Notes: a model not told the origin generated them from the letters alone. Counted from the stretch's first letter, positions 11,910 to 27,479 are shown. The stretch: DNA of 64,000 bases from Eledone cirrhosa (GCA_964016885.1 OZ024756.1:43834001-43898000); one strand, 5' to 3'. Translations and numbers: made by a program.

Positions 11910-12521
11910 TTGTATATGAGCTACAATTTATGTACATGTTATGTAGAGACAGATGGGAGAGATAGAGAGAGGGGGAGAGTTTAGATGTGATTGATATAGA
12001 GATGGGGATTGGGAGAGATAAGTGTAAATATTATAGAGAGGGAGAGTGTGTGTCTTAGATATAAAAACTGGTGGGAGGGTGTGACAAATTAATAAACGGG
12101 GGGTGGGGACGATTATTCGAAACCTGAGAGTACGTGACGGAAGAATGAAAACTCAATACGGAAGTGGTCCACCCTGTAATGACCCACATCCTATATGACC
12201 CACTGCTCGAAAAAGGATGTCCCCACCAGGTATATATCAAACGGTATGAACAGCTTATTTATTATTGTGGTTAGAATGTCTCAGGAAAGAATCTGGAGAG
12301 ATTTGTAGCTGAGAGAGTCACTCCAGGTAGAGCCGCTACTTCTTCAAATTGAGAGATCACACCTCCGATATTATTACGGACATGTGGTTAGAATGTCTCA
12401 GGAAAGAATAGCTGGGCAGATATGTATGTATTGTTCTATCAGCCAAACTTCTTTTATTAAGCTGTTCCATTGTCTATATAAACACTACATATTCGTGTTT
12501 ACGTCATATAACATGGCTGTG

Positions 12522-12589
<68 letters not shown>

Positions 12590-12940
12590 AATATATTATA
12601 TATATATATTATATATATAAATATATATATATATATATTATATATATAAATATATATATATATATATTATATATATAAATATATTATATATATTATATAT
12701 ATAAATATATATATATATATATTGTATATATATATACACACATAAAATATATATACTTACACACACACACACATATATATACTGTATATATATATATAAG
12801 AAATGAAGGGCGGAATTTGAAATGTTTTAAGAAAGTTAGGTGCATCGAATTTTTTACTATAGAAAAATAGTCTAAATACATCCTTATTGGGAAAGAATGG
12901 ACATTAGTTCCCGCGGCACTCGTGCCCAAAGCCTTGTCGG

Positions 12941-13027
<87 letters not shown>

Positions 13028-13074
13028 TTTGGCGAGGTTTTTGATATGAAATCGTGTGTCGAAACAAATATTGT

Positions 13075-13205
13075 TATACTTGGGGAGGGTCATATTTGTG
13101 TAATAATATTGCCAGAATTAATAACAGAACACACTCAAACAGTGAGTGTGTTCTGTTATTAATTCTGGCAATATTATTACACAAATATGACCCTCCCCAA
13201 GTATA
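13075..13205. repeat. Perfect palindrome, 63-bp arms, 5-nt loop
   Basis: tatacttggggagggtcatatttg...acacactca-aacag-tgagtgtgt...ccctccccaagtata. A diverged single-arm copy lies at ~24768-24835. Confidence 0.95.
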
Positions 13206-13213
13206 TATAAATA

Positions 13214-13286
<73 letters not shown>

Positions 13287-13806
13287 TCACACATTTCTGT
13301 CTACGTAAATCCGCTCCTCAATCTGACGTGCTTGGGGTATCATATGTTTTTGGAAACATTTCTCGGCACCGTGTCTCAGTTGGAGTGGGACATCTGGATT
13401 CCCTATCTAAACCCAATACAGTAAAACTCTTTCTGGGAAATTTCTCTAGACATATTCTATTTAGAGTTAGCTTTTAGTAATGGTTCATTTATAACTTTCC
13501 GTCTGCAAGATATTTTTTGCAAGTCTCTCATGACAATGTCAGGGGCCATTTGCCAAAATAATTCCTCACGCCGACGCACCGTGCCATTTTTTCACAGTAA
13601 TTTCAGTCGAAATCTCGGAATATTATATTTTTGGTTATTTCATAATTATATTTATATTTTATCTAAATTATTATCTTCGTTGATAATTTGCCAGTCTAGT
13701 ATAGTTATATGATATATATACAGGTTTCTCCATCTATCTGCCCTTAGTCCTGCCGTTCTTTTACTCTTTAATTGTCTGTAGGTAAGATATATTTCTGTTG
13801 GACTAC

Positions 13807-13914
<108 letters not shown>

Positions 13915-13934
13915 GTTTATCTATCTATCTATCT

Positions 13935-14300
13935 ATCTTCCGACATCATTTCGGAAGAAGGATCAGGATGGAGAGAGAGGTGCTCCACCCCAGTCGTTTT
14001 TATGAAAGGTGGGTGAAAGTGGCGAGAATGGCCCGTGTGAATGGGCCTTCTCTCTACATCAGCCGGTAGATGGAAAAGATGAAGGAACGAGGGAGCACCC
14101 TCTCTCTGTGCTCCTGAGGAGAATGTTTGCACACTTTATTCGGGGGTGTGTGCGACTCCCCAAAACGCCTCCTCCCTATTGAGGATTTTATTGTTAATTT
14201 TATATTTATTTGTTTTCTTTACTCGCCTTTTTGTGTAAACTCCCCCCTTGTATTTGTCCCCTTCTTTTGCGCCCTCGTGGCAATAAATATAAATATATCT
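13935..14300 (+). mobile_element. 5'-truncated L1/Tx1-like LINE 3' end
   Basis: Encodes [43 protein letters not shown], like the Tx1 ORF2 C-terminus (R..ER......F..RW). The 3' UTR ends in AATAAA and is shared with 61861-62099. It sits at the end of a (CTAT)n tract. Confidence 0.65.
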
Positions 14301-14554
14301 ATATCTGTCTTCGTGATCTAGGATCTAACACCTAGATCCGATCAAATATGCTATACTGCTCCACTAAATGCAACATGAGTAGTTCAGCAGCTGGACTGAA
14401 GTGTAAACATAAAAAGGCTGAACTGTGAAAACTGTTGCATCCACATACGTCAATAGGGGCCAATGGCAACTTCTCTTTCCGTCTTTCAAGGGTCTTCACC
14501 CTATTTTATAAGCTACTTTTATACCATTTCTGCACTTAAGCATTTTCTTTTTAC

Positions 14555-14631
<77 letters not shown>

Positions 14632-14677
14632 TGTATATATATGTATGTATGTATATATATATATATACATTGGTGAA

Positions 14678-14756
<79 letters not shown>

Positions 14757-15027
14757 GGCATGTATTCATGTATTTTGAAGTGTTGTTTCGTGTGCGATCA
14801 TTTTACCATTGTACGCTACACGACTGTCGTGATAGTATCAAGATTTCCTCTGTGGAACAAAACAGCATATGTGAGACAATCCATGTTTACAGATTACCTC
14901 CCGGTTATTACAAGTTTAGCTTTACAACCAGAAATCGGAGTAGAATCTGAGATATAAAGAATAGGGAGAATAAGAAATAGTCAAAATATCCAGTAAAAGA
15001 ATAAAATAGATAATTGTATGAACAAAT

Positions 15028-15245
15028 AGTTGTTTGTACTTTTGGGATAAGGTCAGCAATTTGAAGGGTAGGAGGTGGGAAAGTCGATTATATCGACCTC
15101 AGTGTATTACTGGTACTTTATTTTATCGACCCCGGAAGGATGAAAGGCAAAGTTAACCTCGGTGGGATTTGAACTGAGGGAGAACATCTGGAACAAATGA
15201 TACAAAGCATTCTACCTGATATTCTAACGACTCTGCCATTTCACC
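15028..15245 (-). mobile_element. SINE family A
   Basis: ctggtactttattttatcgaccccggaaggatgaaaggcaaagttaacctcggtgggatttgaact. Confidence 0.85.
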
Positions 15246-15689
15246 CCCCCCCCCCTATATATATATATATATATGTATCTCTCTCTCTCTATCTCTCTGA
15301 CTATACCTCTCCCTCTCTCTCTCTATCTCGATCTATCTGACTATACCTCTCTCCCCCTCTCTCTCTCTCTCTATCTGACTATACCTCTCTCTCTCTCTCT
15401 ATCTGACTATACCTCTCTCTCTATCTATCTATCTCTCTCTATCTGACTATACCTTTCTCTCCCTCTCTCTCTCTATCGGACTATACCTCTCTCTCTCTCT
15501 CTCTATCTGACTATACCTCTCTCTCTCTCACTCTCTCTCTCTCTATCTCTCTCTATCTGACTATACCTTTCTCTCCCTCTCTGACTATACCCCCCTCTCT
15601 CTCTATCCATCTTTCTATTTATCAATCTATATGTTCCAATTTCTTGGGATAAAATATGTGACAATATTGATAATATATTTATTACTTTA

Positions 15690-15938
15690 TTCTACTTTTG
15701 GCACAAGGCCAGCAATCCACCAGTGTATTACTGGTACTTTATTTTATCGACCCCGGAAGGATGAAAGGCAAAGTTAACCTCGGCGGAATTTGAACTCAGA
15801 TCATACAGGGAGGTAACTCTATGCTTCAAAGCATGGCATCCGACCCTCTGCCGATACTGCCAATCCACCGCCTTTATATATAATTGTTTCTACTTTAGAC
15901 ACAAGGCCAGCAATTAACCAGTGCATTACTGGTACTTT
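15690..15938 (-). mobile_element. SINE family A, full copy plus a partial tandem copy
   Basis: Full head-to-tail match at 15690-15870; tail fragment at 15880-15938. Confidence 0.85.
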
Positions 15939-16533
15939 AACAACGAAGCCGCCATGTTAACCGGAAACGCAATGAGTAAAATAAAAAACTTCCCTCTTAA
16001 ACTATTCCTTTTACTCTTAATAATTCAATGTTACCTATTTTTCTAGCAACATTTAGTGGTTGTAAGCCAGAATTATTTCTGTAGGATATGGTTAATATTT
16101 TGTACGGGTGTGGATAGATGTCTCGTATTTCGATGTATATAATCTAAGTCTGGTTTACGTTCCAGTCCAATAATACGTCGTCATATGTTATGACTAGCAC
16201 TGCAAATATTTTAATGGCACTGTTACTAATATTCCTGTCTTTAAGATGAGTTTTTAAAGCTGTTTAATTGTTTCTACTAGATTCATTTTTGTATCGCCTT
16301 CCTACGACATTACCCACGCAGTTTTAATTTCATCTATACTCGAGGGTTTGTGAAAACCCTAAATACCCAGCTCCTGTATTGTCTTTCGTCTCATGAGTGT
16401 CAAAAGAGCGGCTAGAATTCTCAGTCATTTGCATTTCTCTAGTTCAAAGGATAACACCGGAGAAACTCTTCATTGTTCAATTCTTCAAAGTCGCAAGGAA
16501 TACGATAGATACTTTTGGTCACGTTACCTAGTA

Positions 16534-16603
<70 letters not shown>

Positions 16604-16693
16604 ATATATATATATTATACATACATTCTTACATACACACATACACTTATATATATATATATATGTGTGTGTGTATATGTATTTGTACATATG

Positions 16694-16725
<32 letters not shown>

Positions 16726-17060
16726 CATATAGCTATCTAACTATCTATCTATCTATATTATATACTCTTTTACTCTTTCACCTGTTCCAGCCATCCGGCT
16801 GTGAAAAAATCAAGATAAGAAATTTTACGAAGACGAATGAGATAGAGAATAGTAAAGGTGAGATAACGAACGGAGTGGGAGGAGCAGCAGTAGTGGCAGG
16901 AGCAGCAGTAGTAGTGGCAGCAGCAGTAATAGTAGTAGCAGCAGCAGTATTATTATTATTATTATTATTAGTAGTAGTAGTGGTAGAGAAGATAGATGGT
17001 GGTGGTTAGGAATCTCAAGAAATAATAAAGGAATGCTTAAATACACAGCATAATATATAG

Positions 17061-17570
17061 CAGAGGTGGGGGAACCTGCGGCCTTGAGGGCGCATGCGGC
17101 CTCCGTGAGTTTCTCGTGCGGCTTTCATAAAAGCTAGCTCTTGTATTAATTAAAACTACCTTAAAAATTAAATTAAATTAAAACTACTTTAAGAACGCAA
17201 ACCACAGATGCTCATTTAGAGGATCAATTAAGGCTGTGCGTTACGAAGCTTAATCCAAATATTCAATTACTTTCAAGCAAGAAACAAATGCAAATATCCG
17301 ACTAACTTGAATTTTCCATTGGATTTTAAAATTATTTTACGTATTGTTTCTATGTTAGCTTTTTTAAACTTAATATTATTATTTTTCTATTGTATTTCTT
17401 TATAATTATGTGAATACAAAAATATTTTATATTGAAAGTTTTTATGTTAAATAATAAATAAATGACTATAAAACTATACAAAAACTATAATAATTTCACA
17501 AAAGTCGCATTTATAGGTATATCAACTTATGCGGCCTCCTTTATTACTGCCTAATTTAAATGTGGCCTCT
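17061..17570 (+). mobile_element. hAT (Charlie/SPIN/Buster-like) internally deleted element
   Basis: The 5' end CAGAGGTGGGGGAACCTGCGGCC..GCATGCGGCC is typical. The residual transposase C-terminus is RTQTTDAHLEDQLRLCVTKLNPNIQLLSSKKQMQISD*, and subterminal TGCGGCC/TGTGGCC motifs lie at the 3' end. Confidence 0.8.
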
Positions 17571-17604
17571 AATGGTATAGTATTTCGTAGTAGAATGTCT
17601 GTAC

Positions 17605-17659
17605 CTCTACTACTACTACTACTACTACTATTACTACTAGTAATACTACTACTACCACC

Positions 17660-17711
<52 letters not shown>

Positions 17712-17740
17712 TTACTACTAGTAATACTACTACTACCACC

Positions 17741-17786
<46 letters not shown>

Positions 17787-17871
17787 TTATTATTACTATT
17801 ACTACTACTATTACTACTACTACTACTACTACTACTATTACTATTACTACTACTATTACTACTACTATTAT

Positions 17872-17915
<44 letters not shown>

Positions 17916-17955
17916 TTACTACTACTACTACTACTACTACTATTACTACTACTAT

Positions 17956-18002
<47 letters not shown>

Positions 18003-18010
18003 GTAGTAGT
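17605..18010. repeat. (CTA)n microsatellite
   Basis: Direct reading. Confidence 0.95.
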
Positions 18011-18205
18011 TTCAACCTCTAGTTCTAGACAGTTTATACTATAACAATACTCTACTATCCCAAGTATCCAGCACTGAGTAATTGTCTAACTACTTTCAAA
18101 CTGATTCCAGCAACATGCCTTGTCCTCCGTCCTCTCTATTATTCTCTCTCTATATCTATCTATCTATATATCTATCTATATCTCTCCTTGCCCCGCTCTC
18201 CATCT

Positions 18206-18299
<94 letters not shown>

Positions 18300-19254
18300 C
18301 TGTCTGCACCTATCTCTCAGTCTCTGTAGTTTCCAGTAACACCTCTACCCCTTCTTTCAAAACCACTCTATACCCCCCTCTCCCATCCTCACTCTCTCGG
18401 GATTTTTTCACGTCAAATTAATTTGGTCGGCAAAACTAAATGTTAGTATTTTGATACAGATTTAAGTTATTAGATTTATGATGTAACATCTGTCATACAG
18501 ACATAAATACATACCCGGACACACACACACACACACACATACACACACACGCACACGCACACACATATATATATATATATATATGAGTGTGTGTGTATAT
18601 ACAAATTATTGTCTGAGAATACACAACCAAATTCTTGAAAATAAATCTATTGGTTTACAATTGTTTACGTATTGAGCACACTGTCCTCTTCACCACTACC
18701 TTATAACTCTCATAACTAATCTCTGATCTTTCTTTCTTGATTGATTTGTACACTTACTTTTCACGCACACACACACACACACACACACCACATATATAAA
18801 TATATGTATGTGTATATATGTATGTATATATAAATTAAGGCATATGTATGTACGTGTTGTATATCGGATAATATACAAGATGGTTATGAGAAACATTTGA
18901 AAGCCTTTCGCTATGAAATTTTAAGGTGGTGACCAACGCCATACATTCCTGTCTCAGCAAAAGCAAGGGGAAGCAACCGAGGATATTGTTTCTCACTTTT
19001 TAGCGGTTGTCAAGGTTACGTATCCACCTCGCTTCTGCTGAGATTAAAATAAACTAGAATCAGATAAGTAGATAGCTTTATAGAGATGGGGGCTCAATCT
19101 GGACTGATCCAAAATAAAATAAAACGATTTGCAATTATTTGCAAAAACAGGTCTAGATCTGTGAATAAACTAAAATCTGGACAGAGACTCCACCGGACAA
19201 AACACCAAAGATAAATCTCTACCGGACAGAATCCACACGGGACAAAAAACTCAT

Positions 19255-19305
<51 letters not shown>

Positions 19306-19329
19306 CCTACCTATGTCTCTACTCCTCCT

Positions 19330-19405
<76 letters not shown>

Positions 19406-19431
19406 CTATGTCTCTACTCCTCCTCTCTCCA

Positions 19432-19468
<37 letters not shown>

Positions 19469-19483
19469 GTCTCTACTCCCCCT

Positions 19484-19529
<46 letters not shown>

Positions 19530-19631
19530 CTCTCTCTCTCTCTGTCTCTCTATCTAGCTATCTATCTATCTATGTCTCTACTCCCCCTCTCTCCATCCAT
19601 CCATCTATCTATCTATCTCACAACTCACCCT

Positions 19632-19703
<72 letters not shown>

Positions 19704-20359
19704 ATCTATCTAGTTAATCTTAAGGATTTCTAAATTTCCTTTAAAGGACTTCATAGAAAAGGTATTAATTTCTTGTGTGGGTGAGACAGTTGGGGGTGGG
19801 GGCTACACGGGTTCTGAGATTCGTTTTCTGCGGGATTTGGTAAAAGCCCCTACCACAAGATAAAAAATAAAAATAATGATAATAATAATTGGAAATAAAA
19901 TAAACTTGCTGACACAGCAGTGAAGATTTTCTAGTTTACCCTAATAGATTTAAAACAACACCACCACCAGCAACATCAATAACACACCAACACCACCAAC
20001 ACCACCACCAGCAGCACCAACAACAACAACAACAGCAACAGCAACAGCAACAACAAGAATTCCTTTTCTAAGGTCAATGTCTTAGATTTCGCGTTCATAA
20101 TCTCGTTAATAAATGTGTGTATATATGTATGTATATTTGTATGTATATATGTATGTATATATGTATGTATATATGTATGTATATTTGTATGTATATTTGT
20201 ATGTATATATGTATGTATAATTGTATGTATATATGTATGTATGTTTATGCTTATATATATGTGTGTGTGTAGTTTATGTATGTATATATTAATCTATGTA
20301 TGAATTTATGCACGTGTGTGAGAATGATACAAGGAAAAAAATACAGGTTAACAACGAGC

Positions 20360-20722
20360 TGGTGGTGGTGGTGGTGATGGTGGTGGTGATGGTAGTGGTG
20401 GTGGTGGTGGTGGTGGTGATGGTAGTGGTGGTGATGGTAGTGGTGGTGGTGGTGGTGGTGGTGATGGTGGTGGTGGTGGTGGTGGTGGTGATGGTAGTGG
20501 TGGTGGTGGTGATGGTAGTGGTGGTGGTGGTGGTGATGATGGTAGTGGTGGTGGTGGTGGTGATGGTAGTGGTGGTGGTGGTGGTGATGATGGTAGTGGT
20601 GGTGGTGGTGTGATGGTGGTGATGGTGGTGGTGGTGGAGGTGATGGTGGTGATGGTGGTGGTGGTGGTGATGTAGTGGTGGTGGAGGTGATGGTGGTGAT
20701 GGTGATGGTAGTGGTGGTGGTG
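20360..20722. repeat. (GGT/GAT)n microsatellite
   Basis: Direct reading. Confidence 0.95.
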
Positions 20723-20791
20723 AAGGAGGTGAATCGGGAGGCAGAATGATAGTAAACCGTTTCTGAAATGATGAGGAGGATGACAACGTGA

Positions 20792-20830
<39 letters not shown>

Positions 20831-21026
20831 TCACGAATGAAACAGTTCTAGTCCTGTAGAAGCTTTTCTATATTAAAACTATATATATAATGTAGAGAGA
20901 GAGAGGGGGGGTGAGGGTGTAAACATAAGGTCTCGTGTTGCGTGTTGTAGCATATCCACACACACATACACATATATCTATATAGTTATGTATATATAGT
21001 TAGGTATACACACACACATATACATG

Positions 21027-21162
<136 letters not shown>

Positions 21163-21166
21163 TATA

Positions 21167-21252
<86 letters not shown>

Positions 21253-21345
21253 ATATAAAAGAGAGAGAGAAACAAAAAGGAAACAAAAATATTTTTCTTC
21301 CTAATAATCGTCTCTTTCTCCCTGTTTTCATATATAATATATGAA

Positions 21346-21417
<72 letters not shown>

Positions 21418-22146
21418 CTATGTATGCAGAACAAAGCTGTAAGCAACCTAAGAAGGACCATAAGGTAGGTTTAGTCATGGCTGAGGAAGTGAGAATATGT
21501 GAGTTTCTTGCTTCTGACACACCCAACAGACTTGACAACTAGAATTGGTTAACGGCTGCCTTATCGTCTGCTGGGATAGCATGGTACATCAGAGTGGCGG
21601 TGGTAGTAGTGGTGGTGGTGGTGGTGGTAGGTGGTGGGTGATGAGGGTAGTGATAGTGGTAGTGGTGGTAGTGATGTTTGGTGGTGGTGGTGGTGTTGGT
21701 GATAGAGGTGGTGGTGGTGGTGATAGTGGTGGTGGTGATAGAGGTGTTGGTGGTGGTGATGATGGTAGTGATGGGGGTAGTAGTGGTAGTAGTAGTAGTA
21801 GTGGCGGTGGTAGTAATAGTAGTAGGAGTGACAGTAGTAGTAGGAGCGACAGTAGTAGTAGTAGTGGTAGTAGTAGTAGTGAAGCATTGCAGCGGCGCTC
21901 GGCCGACTTTCTGGTTATGTGAGAGATGTGAGAGACGCTCTGTATTGTGTATCTCACACAAATATACGTGTAGTGTAGTCACATGTATGTATATATGTGG
22001 GTGTGTATATATGAATATACATATACATACATACATAGATATATATATGCAAACTTAAGTGAATAGTTTATGGTTTAACATCTGCGTATATACCTCGAAT
22101 ATGTGTTGATATGTATGTATATACATATATATATGTGTCTATACCA

Positions 22147-22213
<67 letters not shown>

Positions 22214-22939
22214 ATATTTCATATACAGCGGTAGACCTTATATTATGCGTGCACACATACATATACACACATACATACTTGCACATACACATACATCCAT
22301 CCTTACATACACACACACAGATTTAGATATATATACATATATACATACATACTTACTTACATATAGAAGCATACATACATACATACATACATACATACAT
22401 AGATACACACGCACATACATACGTCCATATATATCCTGATATATACACAGCAACCAATATCCGCATAGGTTTACGGATCCACACCCCAGAAGCCTGTAGT
22501 GATAAATAGGTTATGAAAATAAGCGATGCCAATATGCTACCTTCCAAACAGATAACCAAAGAAATAAGATGCTTTAAGCTGTTATTTCTACAAACTTTCT
22601 CCATATTTTTTCTTTATATTGTTTTTATACATTCTTGTCTTTTCTTATCTCCTCTTGTCATTTGAATCTGTTAGTATTCGCAACAGTTGCTTTTCTTTGT
22701 TTATTGCATTTTAGCGCCATTCCTTTCATCACATTGAAGTCGATAAAATAAAGTACCAGTAAGGTACTAGGGTCCCCGATTTAATCAACTTCCCCTACCT
22801 TTAAACCGTTGTCCTTGTGCCAATGTTAGAAAGAATTATTTTTAGTGTCACCTTTTTTCTTTTTCTTTTACTTCTGGAATGAAATGGAAGTTACTACGTT
22901 AGTTAGTTAAGTTGTGTTAAAGTTTGTTTTAAGCCGGAG

Positions 22940-23215
22940 GTTTCTCAGTCCGGTGCTTATCTTGGTTTCTGTGGTCGCGTGAAGTGAGTGTGATTTGAAG
23001 TAAACCCACTCTCCCTTGGACAGAACGCCATCCCATCGCAGAGTTAAACCTCCAGCTATTTCTGCAACTCGTTTTTCAGCTGAGTATATTCTGGAATAAC
23101 ATAAAATAAAGTGTTTTACTCAAGAACACAACACACACCACATAACCCAAGTCCAGGAATGAAACCCACGACATTATGATCGTAAGTCCAACACCGTTAC
23201 TATTAAGCCACGCGC
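22940..23215 (-). mobile_element. tRNA-derived SINE of a different family, related to 44140-44405
   Basis: The minus strand reads tggcgcgtggcttaatagtaacggtgttggacttacgatcataatgtcgtgggtttcattcctggac...ttgtgttcttgagtaaaacact, matching the + copy at 44140. Confidence 0.7.
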
Positions 23216-23894
23216 CACCATGTTATGTACTGGTGTCGACACAATCAACCAACCTCCGTATAGTCTTTTATGTTTAATCTAGAATTAAATCATTACTATT
23301 ATGTCAAATCTACAACTTATTAGTATTATGTCTCTTAACTTACTCTGGGGATTTATTTTTATACTTAGTATTAGTTTAATGCGTTAGTAAATATTCCTCA
23401 CAGGTTTCCCTTTCAGCCTGCAGTGGTGTATACAGTCGTCTCCATTTCTTCGTTGACATTTATTAAGTTGTTTTTATTCTAATTCTTTAAATTCAATATA
23501 TTTATATATCTCTATATTAAATGTCTTTATAAACTTGCTTCTCTGCAGGGAGTTCTTTGTACATTATTTTTTGTGGTGGGGTGGGACTCATATTTTCACG
23601 CAGAAATATCTCATAGCCACTATTTATAATAAGTTATACTACCGATTACTAACTGATAGACACTGTAGTATTTATAATAAGGCATACAACCGATTACTAA
23701 CTAATAGACACTATAGTATTTATAATAAGTTATACTTCCGGTTACCAACTGATAGAAAACGAATTGTGTCATAGAGAAAAAAATACAAATATTTAAAAAA
23801 CAAAACGAACAAAAGACATCGTTTATGCTGGGGTCAATAATATAAGTAGAAATTCTCGCTAATTTTCTGTTTCGTCTTTTATTTATCATTCTAT

Positions 23895-23928
23895 CTTTTG
23901 ATGAAGCACTAGTGTCCGAAACGTAAAG
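23895..23928 (+). ncRNA. Degenerate minimal hammerhead motif
   Basis: CTT-TTGATGA-agcactagtgtcc-GAAA-CG-TA-AAG. It belongs to the same family as 54864-54907 but has a C3>T core change. Confidence 0.45.
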
Positions 23929-24438
23929 TCACTTTTCCTTCTATATCAAGTGTTAAACAAATACATTATTTAACGTCTGATATAGTAGAAAATGTTTAAT
24001 GAATTGTTTGATTCGTTGTACTGTGTTGTTCTCTTCGTTGTACTGTGTTGTTCTCTTCGTTGTCTCCGTTTCATTTTTTTGCATAAAAATCATTTACGCG
24101 GATCAATTATATTGACTTCGATCCTTGCAACCAAAATCTATAACGTTCTTCTAATGATATAAAGGATTGATTTCTTCGTCACTTGCTTGGTTGTCAGCCT
24201 TCACTTGTGTCATAAGTCTTTGGTAAGAGGAAAGGAACCCAGTCGTAGGAAACTTGCCAGACAAACAGTTGAGAAGATTCTTCAGCTGTGCCATACACAT
24301 GACATCTTCCCACGATAAAATATACATGGTCTATGGTGGCATGTTCAATCCTGGATAGCTGACGTTAAACGATAGGAGGGAACATAATAGTACCACTGAT
24401 GATGTTGCAGATGTGTAACGAAAGAACTTTGATAGACT

Positions 24439-24544
<106 letters not shown>

Positions 24545-24571
24545 TTATATATATGTATATATATGTGTATG

Positions 24572-24670
<99 letters not shown>

Positions 24671-24885
24671 GTCTGTATTTTTAACCACTGGTCAATCAAT
24701 GATAAACATTGATTGCCAAATAAATTAACTATGGAGATATAAAAGATACAGAAGCGAAAACCAACCAAACAGTGAGTGTGTTCTGCTATTATTTCTGGCA
24801 ATATTATTACAACAGTATGACCCTCCTCAAGTATAACTATATATATATATATATATATACATGTGTGTGTGTATATATATATATG

Positions 24886-25121
24886 GGCGGTGGAACTTTC
24901 AGGAGGGCCATACCCCCCCCCCCCCCATAATTCTATATTCTCCCCAAACTACCAAAACACTCATCTATCAGGATATCACTATAATTTATATCCAGGTTAT
25001 GTTTATCACATATCGAGGTTTTCTGACCATTTTAGAGTACAAAGAGCTAAACTAATCACTACAACTAAATTGTCAAAATTTGGCCCCTCCCCGCAATTCA
25101 GAAATACTTCCACTGCCCCTG
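24886..25121. mobile_element. MITE with short GC-rich inverted ends
   Basis: gggcggtggaac ... cttccactgccc(ctg), with internal poly-C/ggcccc motifs. It sits in a TA-rich context. Confidence 0.5.
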
Positions 25122-25794
25122 ATACGTATACATAGGGTACCACGACGACGACGACAACGAACCCTACAACCACCACCACCATCACCATCACCATCACCAT
25201 CACCACCATCACTGCCGCCGCCACCATCACCACCATAACCACCATCACCGCCACCACCACCAGTCAACAATGATGACGTCATATCGTAGCTACAACCCAG
25301 TGACTAACAGTCAGAACCAACCTGTGCTGGTTGATGTAGGAAATATTAGGGCGGCGACGGAGGTGGGTGGAGAGGGGGTGAATCTGGAGAGGAGGGAGAG
25401 GGGGAGGTTGGTGAGTGTCACTCAAGATTCCTCTGAGTGTCGAGTAGAAAGTGAAGAGATCATGTTGACACTTAGAAGGCTTTCGTGTTTGACCTCGGCT
25501 AGACTTGTGCTGGTGGTGGTGGAGGTGGTAGTGGTGGTAGTGGTGGTGGTAGTGGTGGTGGTGGTGGTGGTAGTGGTGGTGTTAGTGGTGTTAGTGGTGA
25601 TAGTGGTGATGGTGATGACATTGGTGATAGTGGTAGTGGTGGTGTTGTTAGTGGTGTTAGTGGTGGTGGTGGTTATTATGTGTGTTAAGGGTCACCTGTG
25701 TTAAGTATGTGTTATATGCCAGGGTGGTAGGTCATTAACGAAAAGCCTGTCAAGTGTCATCATAGTTAGGTGTTGCCGCACTCTCTCTCTCTCT

Positions 25795-25934
<140 letters not shown>

Positions 25935-26007
25935 TCTACATACACTCTACTTTCCCAAGTATGGAGTACTTAACTGAATATGGTGAGACTAAGTTAACTG
26001 GTAACTC

Positions 26008-26069
<62 letters not shown>

Positions 26070-26569
26070 CTAGCCTCCATATAAAAATAAAACAAACCGT
26101 TAATAATAATAATAATAATGATTTCTTTATTGGCCACAAGGGCTGACATCAAGAATAATTATAATAATTAAATTACGACAACAACAAAAGAATGATGTTG
26201 ATATCAACAATAACAATAACAAGAATATTAATTAGTAAAATATTAAAGGCGTTTGGTAATTGCATCTTTTCTTTTAATTAGAAAGTACAACATTTAACTG
26301 TGATGAATAATTGACTTTAAAACAAATGTTTCCACTTCTAAGTTAACAATCTCTGACAACAGATGTCTCATTTACAGATTGGAATGTCATTACATAGGAC
26401 GAGTGTCACTGCATAGGACGAGGGTCAGGTGAAATGTTTATAGGCTGACCAAGATACTCTCATGGAATAACCAAATGAAGTTTATTTTTCAATATAGTCC
26501 CTGGAAAGAAACAATGCAGTTATTAATAAGTCTTAACTCTTTTCCTATATATATACATATCTATATATA

Positions 26570-26725
26570 TAGTTTCTAGTTTTGGCAGAAGGCCAGCGAT
26601 TACTCCAGTGTATTACTGGTACTTTATTCTATCGACCCCGTAAGGATGAAAGGCAAAGCTAACCTCGGCGGATTTGAACTCAGAACACAAAGGGCCATAA
26701 CTCTGTGCTGCAGAGCATGGTGTCT
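26570..26725 (-). mobile_element. SINE family A
   Basis: Core and B box match. Confidence 0.8.
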
Positions 26726-27270
26726 GATGATATATATATATACACATATATACAGCCTTAAAAATCCTCACGCACATACATCCATACATGTTCAAACATA
26801 CACGCTCACACACACAAACGCTCACACACACGGCCTTATATTAAACACAATTATGACTTCTTTCTACAGACCCTCTTCTTTAGCCTTTCAGATATCTGGA
26901 GTAGGACCCTCTTCCCCATCTTTCGTCACCAACCCCTAAACTTTTTTCACATTTCATATTTCAGTTCATAACTGTTATCTCTCTCACATAACACATTCGT
27001 GTCACTACCCCCCTCCCTCCGCACACTTCTTCCATCCCCACCCCCACTTCATCCCTTCCCCACGCACCCCACCAATCCTTCTCCCCAAATCTTCATCCAG
27101 CCTTCCTCTACTGTTGCCCTTTCTTCACCTCCCAACACCAATACCACAACCACCACCACCACAACAACAACAACCCCATGTGTTTATATATAAATATATA
27201 TATATATGTGTGTGTGTATGTGTATATGTATAAATATATATATATATATGTGTGTGTGTATATGTATATG

Positions 27271-27308
<38 letters not shown>

Positions 27309-27326
27309 GGTGTGTATGTGTATATG

Positions 27327-27395
<69 letters not shown>

Positions 27396-27425
27396 GTGTA
27401 TATGTATAAATATATATATATACAT

Positions 27426-27479
<54 letters not shown>

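Noticed and set aside
25420-25700. Minus-strand peptide ...STSLAEVKHESLLSVNMISSLSTRHSEES* as a terminal exon
   Set aside because: The frame is closed by a stop right after the nearest acceptor, is mostly microsatellite, and has no recognisable homology.
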